DNA of 50,200 nt, filler included, from Stramenopiles sp. TOSAG23-3 (GCA_900128585.1; 4 parts of 4 records of this genome joined end to end with filler, not necessarily neighbours in it), one strand, 5' to 3'. Positions 39,362 to 50,075 are shown, counted from the first letter of the whole stretch. The notes: generated by a model from the letters alone, not told the origin. Made by a program: numbers and translations.

Positions 39362-39727
39362 TTAGTAGTCACCTCCTCCATCGTCATCGCCGAAGAGACC
39401 ACCGCCTCCTCCCAAGTCAAGCTCTTCTTCTTCCTCCTCTTCTTCTTCCTCTTCTTCTTCTTCAGCTGCGGCACCGCCGGCACCGCCGCCGCCGCCGCCA
39501 CCGCCGGCACCACCACTAAGAAGCATTTCTTCTACGGTGAAGGTAGACATAAGTTTGGCGAAAAGGGTTCCCCAGTATGGTTCAACTTCATTGCCAGATG
39601 CCGAAACAAGTGCGTTAAGGGCGTCAACAGTGATTTCCTTGCCAGCATCGTTCAAGATCAATGCGGCGTAGGAAACGACGAGTTCGTCGTGTTGTTCCTT
39701 GGTAACTTCTGCGATTTTAAAAGACAT
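39362..39727 (-). CDS. RPLP1: 60S acidic ribosomal protein P1
   Basis: 'ELVVSYAALILND...ITVD', 'VEPYWGTLFAK', Gly/Ala hinge, acidic tail and 'GGLFG'. Confidence 0.95.
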   Translation of the reverse strand: MSFKIAEVTKEQHDELVVSYAALILNDAGKEITVDALNALVSASGNEVEPYWGTLFAKLMSTFTVEEMLLSGGAGGGGGGGGAGGAAAEEEEEEEEEEEEEELDLGGGGGLFGDDDGGGDY

Positions 39728-40699
39728 ATTCGTAAATGTGTATAATACTCGGAGACTAAAACGTCAAGATGCGTGTTAATCCAATTTTAACCGTGTAAAT
39801 AATACGTTTCTTTGCCTCTTTCACGCTCACAAACGATTGTTCACGTTTTGGAACACGTCTATCTCCATGGATGTACACACACATCGATACCGAACCCCTT
39901 CCAAAGTAAATAAAAGTAAAGGATTAGTACACAAAGAAAGAACTAAATACTGCGGAGAAGAAGAAGAAGAAAAAATGAAGAAGATTATTTTTCATATTTA
40001 ATATAGGAATAGTATAGGGAAATAGTATTACATAGCAATTGAATACATATACTATTTAGTACACCTTTTCTTCTTTCTTTCTTTCTTTTAATACTTATTT
40101 CATTCCTTCCTTCTTTCTTTCTTTCTTCGTTATTATTATTATACTGTATACCTTTGCTTCTATACTTTGAGTAGTAAGCCAATGGTTTGCTTCTATATAT
40201 AATTTACATCATAATAACAATATTATAGAAGAAGAAGAAGAAGAAGAAGAAGAAGAAGAAGAAGAAGAAAGAAGAAAAGGCTTTTGAAAAGAAAACTAAA
40301 GAAATGATAGCCCTTCATTTATTCAATGCTATGTAGATGTTAAATGGATATAAACTTTCATTTTGATACTATGTTCCTGTTAGATTGATTGGTGGAGAAA
40401 AGACTAGGTAGAAATAAAATAAATGTACATAGGAATAATATATTCATAAGTATATAATAATCCACAATACAAGTACAAATAGAACAAGGGCATGGCCTGT
40501 TTTTTAGATGTAGGGTTCATTTATAGGGTTATTAAAACCACATTAAGACCACAAATAAATTCTTCTTTGCTATGAGGATAGGAATAGGGATGGACAAGAA
40601 TAGCTACCATTAAGGATATGTGTTATATGTGTTTATAGGTATATTTGGTAGAAGACCATTTGGTATGATAAGTCTTTTGTCCCTTCCTGGCACTTCGGA

Positions 40700-40761
40700 A
40701 GGTTTACTTTGTCGCTTAAATAGAATTAAAAACTAAATTCGCAAAGCGACAAAGTAAACCT
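40700..40761. repeat. Perfect 18-bp inverted repeat with 26-nt spacer
   Basis: aggtttactttgtcgctt (40700-40717) / aagcgacaaagtaaacct (40744-40761). Confidence 0.9.
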
Positions 40762-41319
40762 CATGAATGGACACAGCATATATAATCATATAGACATATA
40801 TCCTTAATTAATTAAGAATGGTTTCTTTTGTTCGAATTTTAGAACTATTATTTATCCATTGGCATAGTCTTGGATAGTTATAAATAATTGTTTTACTTTT
40901 TATTATTAGTGTATCTGCCCTAATTGATTACTACGTACCCTTCGTATACTCCTTCCTATTTTACATGGTTCTTTGGTATGTTCTTGTTAATTCTTAACCA
41001 TCCATCAATTCACTTTAGCAAAAAAAAAAGGAATCTTTTTTTTCTTCTTCTGCGCTGTGCTCGCAACTGTGCTCCACCCTGTGCAACTATTATATTAATA
41101 CTATGTTGGGTCATACAACTAACTCACAGTTCACAGTCGTCACAGAAACTTACTTTACTACCTCCATTGTGGTGTCTCTTCTACGAGTACCACTTCACTT
41201 TCCGAATTTTCCCCTCCCCCCGTAGTAGCGCTTTTTGATTAAGATCTCATATCTATAAAAAATATCAACTATTGCTTATCTGATTTAAACAACCCTCATC
41301 ATATTATTTGATTGCAAGA

Positions 41320-42057
41320 ATGTCACTACCAAAAGGATTCCCACCCTTGGACCAGCTGAACACCACTGGCGGCCAGAAACGCTTCAATGGTTGGTTGCAA
41401 AGCCGTGCCTACTGCATCGGTTTCGTCCCAACTGCTTTGGACAAGACTGTTTACGAAACCGTTGGTATCTTCACTGACAAAAGCTTGTCAAATTTGTACC
41501 GCTGGTCGAACCACATCGCGTCTTTTTCCCCAGACCAACGAGCCGCGTGGGGTGGCGAAGCCCCGGCCGCCGCCCCGGCCGCCCCTGCTGCCGCCAAGAA
41601 GTCGAAGAAGAAAGCCAAGAAAGAAGAGTCGGATGACGATTTGGACGATTTGTTTGGAGATGATGACGATGAAGAAGAAGACGACTTCGATACTATGCTT
41701 GCGAAAAAAATAGCTGCTGACAAAGACTTGCAAGCACGCATGAAAATGAAAGCCGAAAAGAACGCCAAGAAAGGCCCACAGAAGACTATGTTTATTTTCG
41801 ACATCAAGCCATTCGATACCGAAACTGACTTGCAAGCGCTTGCTGCGGAATTGAAAGGCACCGAAAAGGACGGTATCTGCTCGTGGGGTGAAGAACATAA
41901 ATTGGTCGAAATTGCATTCGGCGTAAAGAAGCTTCGCATTCAAATGATTGTTGAAGACGAAAAACTTTGCCAAGACGACTTGGAAGACCACATCAACGAC
42001 AACTGCCGTGACGACAAGATCCAAAGTGTCGATGTATTCACCATGTCCAAACTGTAA
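41320..42057 (+). CDS. EEF1B: Translation elongation factor 1-beta (eEF1B alpha/beta GEF)
   Basis: 'WLQSRAY..GF.PT..D', 'LYRWSNHI', 'DDLDDLFGDDD', 'FDIKPFDTETDL', 'LVEIAFGVKKL', 'IQSVDV...SKL'. Confidence 0.93.
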   Translation: MSLPKGFPPLDQLNTTGGQKRFNGWLQSRAYCIGFVPTALDKTVYETVGIFTDKSLSNLYRWSNHIASFSPDQRAAWGGEAPAAAPAAPAAAKKSKKKAKKEESDDDLDDLFGDDDDEEEDDFDTMLAKKIAADKDLQARMKMKAEKNAKKGPQKTMFIFDIKPFDTETDLQALAAELKGTEKDGICSWGEEHKLVEIAFGVKKLRIQMIVEDEKLCQDDLEDHINDNCRDDKIQSVDVFTMSKL

Positions 42058-42224
42058 AGAAAAGATTTAATAAAGAATTAAAAATATTTTTTATTTTTTG
42101 GCCTGTACACAAAGACGTATGACTCGAAAATAAGGTTACAATACAATACCGTCTACTCTACCGGGTACAGCGTGCCGTTACAGCCCCCTGTGTCCTCCCT
42201 CGTCATTCCCCTCCCCCCGTACAT

Positions 42225-45200
42225 TTACGAACTGTCGCAGCGCCGCTTCAAGGACACAAAGTTTGCAACGTTCGTGCTGAAAGTAAACAGGTCCGGACGG
42301 TCGTTGTCCGCGCAAAAGCTCTCTAACAGCAAAGAGACCTCCTCTGGCGTCACGCCACCCGCGTTGGCCCCACTGTGCGCCTTCGCCATCATTTCGTTCA
42401 ACAGTGCTGGTAGGATGTTGACTCTGAAGTATTTATAGTTTGCGGACGCCATGTTGTGCAACGTCTTCATCACTTCCGCCGAGAGCAGGTCTTGCCCTCC
42501 AGAGCACAGAACACTCAGCAGGTTGAAGTAGAAGTGCCGTGCCAGCACGGACTGAAACGCCGGGCTGTCGTACAGCCTGTTGTACTTGTTCGCCTCCTCC
42601 AAGGTGATCAAATTGTACTGAAAGGACTCCGGGGCCTGCCCTCCCCGCTCGAACGACTTGAGGACTATTTCGAACATGGACATGCAGACCGCCTTCTTGG
42701 CGTCGTTCCGAAATTCCCCCCCGTCCATGTTCGCGGAGACAAAAGTGCGCCAATGGTGCACCAGCGCAGTTCGGCAGAACTTGTAAATCGCAAGCTCCAG
42801 GTCCACGAAGTTCACGCTCGGGCCGTGCATGATCACCGGCGCCAACGTTCCCAACACCAAATCGTAGACCTTTCCGTGAAGGCGGTGGAAGGTTTTCTTT
42901 CGTTCGGTCATTACCACGCAAAGAAAGTTCATCAAATTCTGTATGAGAAGCGATCCCATCGTGCTCCCTTTCTGCAACGCGCTCATGAGCTCGCCCGTCA
43001 ACGAAGAACCGCCTTGGGGACTGTTTTGGGCATTCTGGGAGTTGACCATGAAAATGTCGACAAGGCCGCTTATCATTTGGTGGACGACGTCAACGCCGAA
43101 CTGGGCGCTGAGGGAGACCGTCGAACATTCAAACACTGCCAAAATGTCTTTCGCGGCGCTGATCCCGCTGACTGACCGGTGCACGCTGTTCCCGCCGCTG
43201 GCGCCGTGCCTACTCCTGTGCTCGACAGGCAACAGGCACAAGTTCAGCACAATCCCAAACTGGGCAATAAGTGGTGAAAAAAATTTGGACACGAACAGCT
43301 TTTCTTTCGTGACCCTCCTCGCGATAGCGACGCAAATGGCCTTAATTTGGCGAAGGCATTCCCGAAAGTTCGCCAGGCCGCCACGGTCCAGGCAGAACGG
43401 GGTCGCAGAGGGGTTGTTGTTCCGGTTGTAAATTGCCTGTTGGCATATTTGCTCGACGCGTCCGAAGACGGGGGCCATCCGTTGCTGGTACACGTTAAAA
43501 GCCGACTGGAGTCCGAGATCGTTGCAGTGGGCGACATCAAGGGCCAAGAGCATCTTGTCGGAGGCCATCACGGCCGTCTTCTCCTTGATCGTGCTCGGGA
43601 GCTTGGACGCGACGTCCCAGATGTTATCGAATGCTCGGTGCAAGGTCGGGGCGTCCATCTTGGTCGGCCCAACAACAAACACCATGGTGCGGAAAAAACT
43701 GACCGAGCAGTTCAAAATTTCTTCTGGGGGAGGGGATATGTCCGCGTTTAGGCCGGCCAAAACCAGCTGCCCGGCCTGCTCGCACAGTGTGCCCGCAAGC
43801 GGCACAAGCTTTTGGGGCAGGCCCCCAGCGTTCCTCGCCTCCAGGAAGGTTTGCAGCCACCCGCCGAAGGACACCAGGCACTCCACAATGCTCACGGACA
43901 GTTTTGTCAGGCAGTGCCCGATGGTGTACAGGCGGTTTTGGAGCAGCTCGTTTCCCAGCTGTATCAGTGCGGAGAACGCCTGAACGCTCGTCTCTAACAT
44001 TTGCGCAAACGAGGTGGTCAGGCAGTCCACCCCACAACTAAAACAAAACACTATGCTGGTCAGATCGTCTACGAGGGCGTTGATTTGGGGTGACATCACG
44101 AGCGCGCTCGCCAACTGGCCGTTGGGGAACACCGCGGCCCGGTACACGCTTATTGCGTTCGACAGCGTCGGCAGCAGCGATGACATCATGGACTGCGCCA
44201 GGGAGTCAACCTCCATTAATTTTTTGATCGAGTCGGCGCAGTGGGCTATGTACACTTCGACCTCACACCGGGCGTGAGGGAGCAACGACTTGCCATGGTT
44301 GCGCCTCACCTCTCCTCCGTCGAAAGCCTTTCCCGGCGAATCCCCTTGGTCCGCCCAGTCTTCCAGGTCCCCATACGATTCGCTGTCTAACTTCATCAGC
44401 GTTGCCCCGCTCTTTGCATACAGTATGTAGTCTACCAACCGCTTCCCAAACGAGTCGAGGCCGGCCATGTACAGGCTGATGAATCCGCCGGGGCCGGCCC
44501 CACCCGCGGCGCCCGGGCTCCCCGACGAGTTGTCCACGACGTGGTCCAGCACCATATTCCAAGGCTCCAGGGCCTCCAAGAGGGCCTCCGCGCTGGGCTG
44601 AGAAAACGTATACTCAAACATGAGGCCAAGAAACTGCTCCATCGGGAACGTCGCGTTCCCCTCAAAGCGGCGCAGGTGGTAGCGTATCAAAGCTTTCCAA
44701 AACTCGGTCATCTGCGGGAAAAAAATCTCGTTCTGTTCGTGAATCTTTGCAGCAGACCTGAGTTGCCAAATGTTGCCAACGGACGTCAGCATCTCCGTGG
44801 TGACCTTGAACACGAGGCCTTCCAGCTCCCCCGGGAAATACGTGTTGGAAACCAGTGTCGTGACGGCGCTGATGGCGTGCGCGCTGCACGGGTGCAGTGG
44901 GCACTCGGTTATTAACGATATGAGGTGGGTAGTCATGGTCCCGTCGAAGAGCAATTTGCGCTGCTCCAGGGACGTCGGCACGTTCACCAGCAGCTGGAAG
45001 GTTTCGATGAGCATTTCGTAGCATTTGAAAAGGTCCTGCATTTGTCCATTGTCGCTGTTGTTGCTGATTCTAACGTTTCGAAACTGAACGAACAGCTCGT
45101 TTATTTTCGTTATCATTGTCGGTATTTGCTGCAGTAGCAGCTGTTTCAGCTGCTTCTGCCGCTTCCCCGTGACGGAGACCGAGTTGCGCCCCACGGTCGA

Positions 45201-45683
45201 AAACTCTTCGACCATGACTTTGAAAAGGGACAAACCGAAGGTGTACATTCGAACGTCCGAGGCGGTGTGCATGACGTGGTTGAAAAAGTCAGGGTACCGC
45301 TCTGGCCAATCCACCTTTCCAATGTCCACTACGACTTTAACCATTTTATTCAGCACGAACCGGGGTATGGCGCTGTGGCGCGCCATCAAAAAATTTATCA
45401 AACCCCCGCGCACCCTGACCCGAGACGCTTCCGGGATCTGGCTCCACTTGGTCGCAATCGTGCCTTCAAACACCGAAGCTGCAAAAAACAAGACGTACGG
45501 GTCTTGGGTCTCCTTTATAAAGAAAAGGCATTGTTCCCACGCGTCTGGCCGCCTCTTAAATTCCTCTAACTGCCCCTCCACTTGTTGCTTCTCCGCGTCC
45601 GAAAGGCGCCCTGAGTTTGCGTAAAGGACGCCCAGGGCTTGCCGTAACGGCTCCAACAACACACCCCCTCCGGAACTGGCCAT
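42225..45683 (-). CDS. XPO6: Importin-beta family exportin, exportin-6-like
   Basis: N-terminus 'AWEQCLFF...YVLFFAASVFEGTI..KW', 'ARHSAIPRFVLNKMVKVVVDIGKVDWPERYPDFF', 'FLGLMFEYTFSQP', and C-terminal 'DLFTFSTNV' parallel XPO6. ATG MASSGG at 45683. Confidence 0.8.
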   Translation of the reverse strand: MASSGGGVLLEPLRQALGVLYANSGRLSDAEKQQVEGQLEEFKRRPDAWEQCLFFIKETQDPYVLFFAASVFEGTIATKWSQIPEASRVRVRGGLINFLMARHSAIPRFVLNKMVKVVVDIGKVDWPERYPDFFNHVMHTASDVRMYTFGLSLFKVMVEEFSTVGRNSVSVTGKRQKQLKQLLLQQIPTMITKINELFVQFRNVRISNNSDNGQMQDLFKCYEMLIETFQLLVNVPTSLEQRKLLFDGTMTTHLISLITECPLHPCSAHAISAVTTLVSNTYFPGELEGLVFKVTTEMLTSVGNIWQLRSAAKIHEQNEIFFPQMTEFWKALIRYHLRRFEGNATFPMEQFLGLMFEYTFSQPSAEALLEALEPWNMVLDHVVDNSSGSPGAAGGAGPGGFISLYMAGLDSFGKRLVDYILYAKSGATLMKLDSESYGDLEDWADQGDSPGKAFDGGEVRRNHGKSLLPHARCEVEVYIAHCADSIKKLMEVDSLAQSMMSSLLPTLSNAISVYRAAVFPNGQLASALVMSPQINALVDDLTSIVFCFSCGVDCLTTSFAQMLETSVQAFSALIQLGNELLQNRLYTIGHCLTKLSVSIVECLVSFGGWLQTFLEARNAGGLPQKLVPLAGTLCEQAGQLVLAGLNADISPPPEEILNCSVSFFRTMVFVVGPTKMDAPTLHRAFDNIWDVASKLPSTIKEKTAVMASDKMLLALDVAHCNDLGLQSAFNVYQQRMAPVFGRVEQICQQAIYNRNNNPSATPFCLDRGGLANFRECLRQIKAICVAIARRVTKEKLFVSKFFSPLIAQFGIVLNLCLLPVEHRSRHGASGGNSVHRSVSGISAAKDILAVFECSTVSLSAQFGVDVVHQMISGLVDIFMVNSQNAQNSPQGGSSLTGELMSALQKGSTMGSLLIQNLMNFLCVVMTERKKTFHRLHGKVYDLVLGTLAPVIMHGPSVNFVDLELAIYKFCRTALVHHWRTFVSANMDGGEFRNDAKKAVCMSMFEIVLKSFERGGQAPESFQYNLITLEEANKYNRLYDSPAFQSVLARHFYFNLLSVLCSGGQDLLSAEVMKTLHNMASANYKYFRVNILPALLNEMMAKAHSGANAGGVTPEEVSLLLESFCADNDRPDLFTFSTNVANFVSLKRRCDSS

Positions 45684-45716
45684 TCCAAGAACTATACAAA
45701 AACTATCAACCTCCTC

Positions 45717-45853
45717 CTGAAATGGAAAATAGAAGAGATCAAAACCAGCCAAAAAGAGAAAGAAGGGAGTACGTAAGGAAGGGAGGAAGAAAAACGATTT
45801 ATAGGTAAAGAGACTAGGAATATCATAAACAACCCCCATCATTACAAACATAC
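45717..45853 (-). other. Probable spliceosomal intron in the 5' UTR of the exportin gene
   Basis: Minus strand reads GTATGT ... long pyrimidine tract ... TTTCAG, ending ~33 nt before the ATG. Confidence 0.55.
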
Positions 45854-45994
45854 TTTTTTTATATATTATAAATGCATATATTAAATATTATTAATATTAC
45901 CCCACTGGAAAAGTTATTATTAGGAAATTATTTTAGGCATAATTATTATTAGGCAGAAGCGCAAAAAAAGAAGTACGGTACCTGACCAGGTATA

Positions 45995-46094
45995 NNNNNN
46001 NNNNNNNNNNNNNNNNNNNNNNNNNNNNNNNNNNNNNNTTAATTAATTAANNNNNNNNNNNNNNNNNNNNNNNNNNNNNNNNNNNNNNNNNNNN
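45995..46094. other. Artificial contig linker
   Basis: 44N-TTAATTAATTAA-44N. Confidence 0.97.
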
Positions 46095-46207
46095 GAAAGT
46101 ACGCACGACGTAAGAAGAAAAAGGGAAAATCAAACGTTTTAGGTGACATATCAAATAATTATGAAAACACGCCGCCGAATTCAAAAGACAGTAGGGGAAC
46201 ATTTCGC

Positions 46208-47722
46208 ATGCTCAAGCGCAGGACGAAAACGCTTGCGGACAGCCTGGTCTCTTCGGCAACAGCAACGCCGCGCGAACCCGTACATGCAGAAAAGGCTGTT
46301 GCTGAACCACAACCAGAACAGAAAAGCCATAAAATTAAGGTGAAAAACACAGTCGAGCCTGTTCATAAGAGTACTGCATCTACACAGACCCAGCAATTTT
46401 TGGAAGAACAGGACAAAATATGGGAAGAGTTCGAAATGGCAGTCGCGGAGGCAGAACGGGAACTGTCGTCACAGCAATTTTTTAAAACAGCTCGTGCTGG
46501 CTCGTCAGTATCAACACAGGTTAATACAAAGGGAGACGGTGCCAGCGGTAGCAATGGAACTTCATTTTCCATGACTCTTTCGAAAGATCTTAGAGTAGGA
46601 AGAGAAAAGACACGAGGACTTGGAGAATCAAAGAAGAAGATCGATTATGTTGATGTTTACGATGCGAGGATAAAGAAGGCGTATTATGAAAATGTAAAAG
46701 AGCGTATGCTTTCTGAATTTCCTCTTTGGGTGAATGTGTTTGAAAATAGGAAGGATAAAATCATTCATGAACCGCTTTCGGGTCAGAATTTACCCGTCTT
46801 TGATCGTTTTGGGGTGAAAATTAACTATATCGAGGTGTATGATTCATTGTGCAAAAAGGCATATTTTGAACAGGTTAGAGAAAGGATGTTGAAAACATTT
46901 CCTTCATGGAAAAACGTCTTCGAACCCACGACGGAGAAAGCGTGTAACGTCAAAGGAGAGGCAGAGAGCGGCAGCCGTAGCGACCCTTGTAAATACTCAG
47001 CGCCTAATCCATTGAGGTCAGAGGGTGCTATTCATATACCGTCTCCAAAAATACAGGGTGGAAAGATCGCCCGAAAAAAAGCTATGCTTCCGGAGCAACA
47101 AGCACATTCTAATGAGCCTATGGCCCGTCCTGCACACATCAACACAATGAGCAAAACAGCGCACAATGCTGTACAAAAAGCAAGGAGTACGGCACCCAGC
47201 TCTGGCATCCAGCTGCGTTGCCATCGAATGTTTTCCGTAAGGGTCACGCTATTGATCGCATTCTCGTTCTTAATTTCGCCCGCCGCCTTTGTCAACCAGC
47301 TTTCGGAAACGGAACGCCACGTGGGGGTTGCATCCCAGCCAAACCCAACGTACGATGGGCTGAAGACAACGAAGACCGCTTACATGGGAATGCCTCCTGT
47401 ACTGTTTGCTGATATTAAACACGGGGACACTATTGCACAAAACCCAAGAGGACTCTCAATCGTTGCGTATTTGAACGGGGTAATGGATCCATACACCCGT
47501 TTGTGTCTGCAAGTCTATCAATACCAGAAAGCACAAATGCTTAATACGAAATGCTTGACAGTACCAGTCCAGCTGGATGTAAAGAAACAAATGACAATGG
47601 GCTATCAGCTCGGCGTGTTGCCCGTAGGAACATATAAACTGCAACTAATTCTGGTTCACCCTCGGGGGAAATTGGGAAACACAGCGATTGACGTGAACAT
47701 GATAAGTAGTCCTAGAAAATAA
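46208..47722 (+). CDS. Hypothetical single-pass membrane protein with two WW-like repeats and a C-terminal Ig-like module
   Basis: 504-aa ORF; 60-aa-period internal repeat; TM 'VTLLIAFSFLISPAAFV'. Confidence 0.65.
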   Translation: MLKRRTKTLADSLVSSATATPREPVHAEKAVAEPQPEQKSHKIKVKNTVEPVHKSTASTQTQQFLEEQDKIWEEFEMAVAEAERELSSQQFFKTARAGSSVSTQVNTKGDGASGSNGTSFSMTLSKDLRVGREKTRGLGESKKKIDYVDVYDARIKKAYYENVKERMLSEFPLWVNVFENRKDKIIHEPLSGQNLPVFDRFGVKINYIEVYDSLCKKAYFEQVRERMLKTFPSWKNVFEPTTEKACNVKGEAESGSRSDPCKYSAPNPLRSEGAIHIPSPKIQGGKIARKKAMLPEQQAHSNEPMARPAHINTMSKTAHNAVQKARSTAPSSGIQLRCHRMFSVRVTLLIAFSFLISPAAFVNQLSETERHVGVASQPNPTYDGLKTTKTAYMGMPPVLFADIKHGDTIAQNPRGLSIVAYLNGVMDPYTRLCLQVYQYQKAQMLNTKCLTVPVQLDVKKQMTMGYQLGVLPVGTYKLQLILVHPRGKLGNTAIDVNMISSPRK

Positions 47723-47803
47723 CAGCACTGAAATTTTAATAAAAAGCACACATACGTAAGGAAGAAGCGCGACCAATAATATATTTTCTTGTGTTTAAAT
47801 ATC

Positions 47804-48049
47804 ATAACAGCCAATTTTCTTGTTTAAAAATGTACTGCGAACTGAAATCTAGATTTAGACATTCTATGATAGGTTTGCATTCCTTCATGAACTGCGAACT
47901 TAACTATCATTCTCAGATGTACTCCATTGATGATCTGAATCAGTAGTTAGATGGATTAAAATTGCTTTCAAATGAACCGTAATGAACTTCCTCATCCGAT
48001 ATCTCACTCATAGGTGACTCAATCCTTGTACAATTTTCCAAGCAGCGGC
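47804..48049 (-). repeat. Dispersed repeat copy B
   Basis: Reverse complement matches 14911-15004 (86/94) and 15008-15021; includes the ATAACAGCCAATTTTCTTGTTT motif at 47804-47825. Confidence 0.85.
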
Positions 48050-48098
48050 TTAATAGTTTTAGAGGTGCTCGTTGTCTGTCTTGTAAATCAGTCAAGGG

Positions 48099-48198
48099 NN
48101 NNNNNNNNNNNNNNNNNNNNNNNNNNNNNNNNNNNNNNNNNNTTAATTAATTAANNNNNNNNNNNNNNNNNNNNNNNNNNNNNNNNNNNNNNNNNNNN
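48099..48198. other. Artificial contig linker
   Basis: 44N-TTAATTAATTAA-44N. Confidence 0.97.
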
Positions 48199-48489
48199 AA
48201 ATTGAAATTTTTTTTTTTTTTTTTTATTTAAAAATAATCAAAAAAACCAACGACAGAAGACCACAAACAAAGCAACACCATACCAAACAAAAACCAACTC
48301 AACTTCATTCAATTCACGAAAAAGAATGTACAGTAAATACAATCCAATGTCCAAAGGAATGAAAAAAGTAATAAGAAATACCATCCTTTCTCTACGTTTG
48401 TTTTGATACTACTCACTGGTGTATTCTTATTTTGCGTCTTGCCTCGATTCTCTTTTCAACACAACACGCTTTTATCCTCGCCTCTTTCC

Positions 48490-49710
48490 ATGGAGAACAT
48501 CACCACGCTTCCCCACGATTCCCCCAAGCCGAGCACGCCGCGAACGTCCCGTGCGAGCACGCTTCAACCCTTTTCCTCCGCGGTCAACCGCCCGCCCTTC
48601 GTCGACCAGACCGCGCCGTTCCTGGGCAACACGCCCATGACGAAGAAAAAGCTGACCAAGTCCCCGGTCAAGCAGCAGAAGCACGTCAACGGGAAGTGGA
48701 GCAAGGCCGAGGACGACGCGCTCCGCACGGTCGTGAAAGACCTCGGCGGGAAGAACTGGAAGCGAATCAGCCAGCTGGCGTTTTCCGGCAGCCGGACGGA
48801 CGTTCAGTGCCTGCACCGGTGGCAAAAGGTCCTTCGGCCGGGCCTGCACAAGGGGCCGTGGAGCCAGGAAGAGGACGTGACGGTGCTGGAAATGGTGAAG
48901 AAGTACGGCGGCGTGGACGCGGTGAAGTGGAGCGTGATTGCCGCGGAGCTCCCTGGAAGGCTGGGGAAGCAGGTCCGGGAGCGGTGGTACAACCACCTGG
49001 ACCCGACGCTGAACAAGAGCGCGTGGACGGTAGATGAGGACAAGAAGCTCGCGCACTTGCAGAAGACGATAGGGAACAAGTGGTGCCAAATAGCAAAGCT
49101 TCTGCCCGGGCGGAGCGAGAACGCGGTGAAGAACCGGTGGAACTCGGCGCAGCGACGGCAGCGGCAGAGCGCCAAGCGAAAGTCGAACAGGGCGGCGGCT
49201 ACGGAGAGGGCGAAGCGGGACCCAGACGCGGCGAAGGGGGGGAAGGCCCGGGCGTCCAAGTCGAGGAAGCGCCTTGCGGGGAACGCGATCCCGAGCCTTT
49301 CGGCGTCGTCCTTGCCGTTGAAGAAGCGCCACCTGGGGGGTGGAAGCCAACAGAACAATAGAGGTAGCAGGAAGAAGCGGAAGCCGGCGTCCCCGTCGAC
49401 GATTTCGGCCCTCTCCGCGGTCGGGGAGATGGACGGGTCCATGGACCCTGCCCTCCAGCTGTGCATGCTTTTAGAACGAGACCAGTCCAAAGCCACGATG
49501 GCCAGGGAGACCACGCTCTCGACCCCCCCCGCACTGTCCACCGACACCATGCCGTTTCTCATGATGGGGTCCATGAACCCGAGCAAGATGACCGCCTTGA
49601 CCGCCCCGAAGAAAATCACACGACGACCATCCCTAAGCGACGATGCCGTCATGGAAGCGTGCCTTAGCATCGTCACGTTGCAACAGGTCGATTCCGAACG
49701 GCACATTTGA
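48490..49710 (+). CDS. Three-repeat MYB (R1R2R3) transcription factor
   Basis: 'KWSKAEDDAL...RTDVQCLHRWQKVLRPGLHKGPWSQEED...GRLGKQVRERWYNHLDP...WTVDED...GNKWCQIAKLLPGRSENAVKNRWNS'. ATG MENIT at 48490. Confidence 0.93.
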   Translation: MENITTLPHDSPKPSTPRTSRASTLQPFSSAVNRPPFVDQTAPFLGNTPMTKKKLTKSPVKQQKHVNGKWSKAEDDALRTVVKDLGGKNWKRISQLAFSGSRTDVQCLHRWQKVLRPGLHKGPWSQEEDVTVLEMVKKYGGVDAVKWSVIAAELPGRLGKQVRERWYNHLDPTLNKSAWTVDEDKKLAHLQKTIGNKWCQIAKLLPGRSENAVKNRWNSAQRRQRQSAKRKSNRAAATERAKRDPDAAKGGKARASKSRKRLAGNAIPSLSASSLPLKKRHLGGGSQQNNRGSRKKRKPASPSTISALSAVGEMDGSMDPALQLCMLLERDQSKATMARETTLSTPPALSTDTMPFLMMGSMNPSKMTALTAPKKITRRPSLSDDAVMEACLSIVTLQQVDSERHI

Positions 49711-50075
49711 TGGCGAGGAAGAGAGAAGGGTGGGTGGATGGATGGATAGATAGATAGAAGGGGGGAGAAGAAAATTGAGAGAGAGAGAGTGAGAGCACCA
49801 ATCTTGTTTCTCTTCTCTAAAAAAAATAGAAAGAAAGAAAGAAGTGCAACAATATGTACAAATAGAATAAGGATTTAAAATAATAATGTAATTTGAAATA
49901 AAGGAGAAATGAAATAAATATATTGCATCATCACTTGTCCTCTTATCCTTAACAACAAATTAATGGTTCTAATTCAACGAGGAAGGGGGAAGGGGCGGCG
50001 ATGACACAATTTAGAAACATAATAGACTACAATATAAAAGTACTTATAATATTTATAAGCCTATCATATAGTTAT

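Noticed and set aside
47860..47945. Box C/D-like words (TTGATGA, CTGA) suggesting U3 or a C/D snoRNA
   Set aside because: The boxes are adjacent with no guide region or terminal stem, and other U3 boxes are absent.
48472..49706. Long antisense ORFs over MYB, S1P lyase, exportin, SEL1L and FCF2
   Set aside because: Expected shadows of GC3-rich or low-complexity coding sequence; no domain features.
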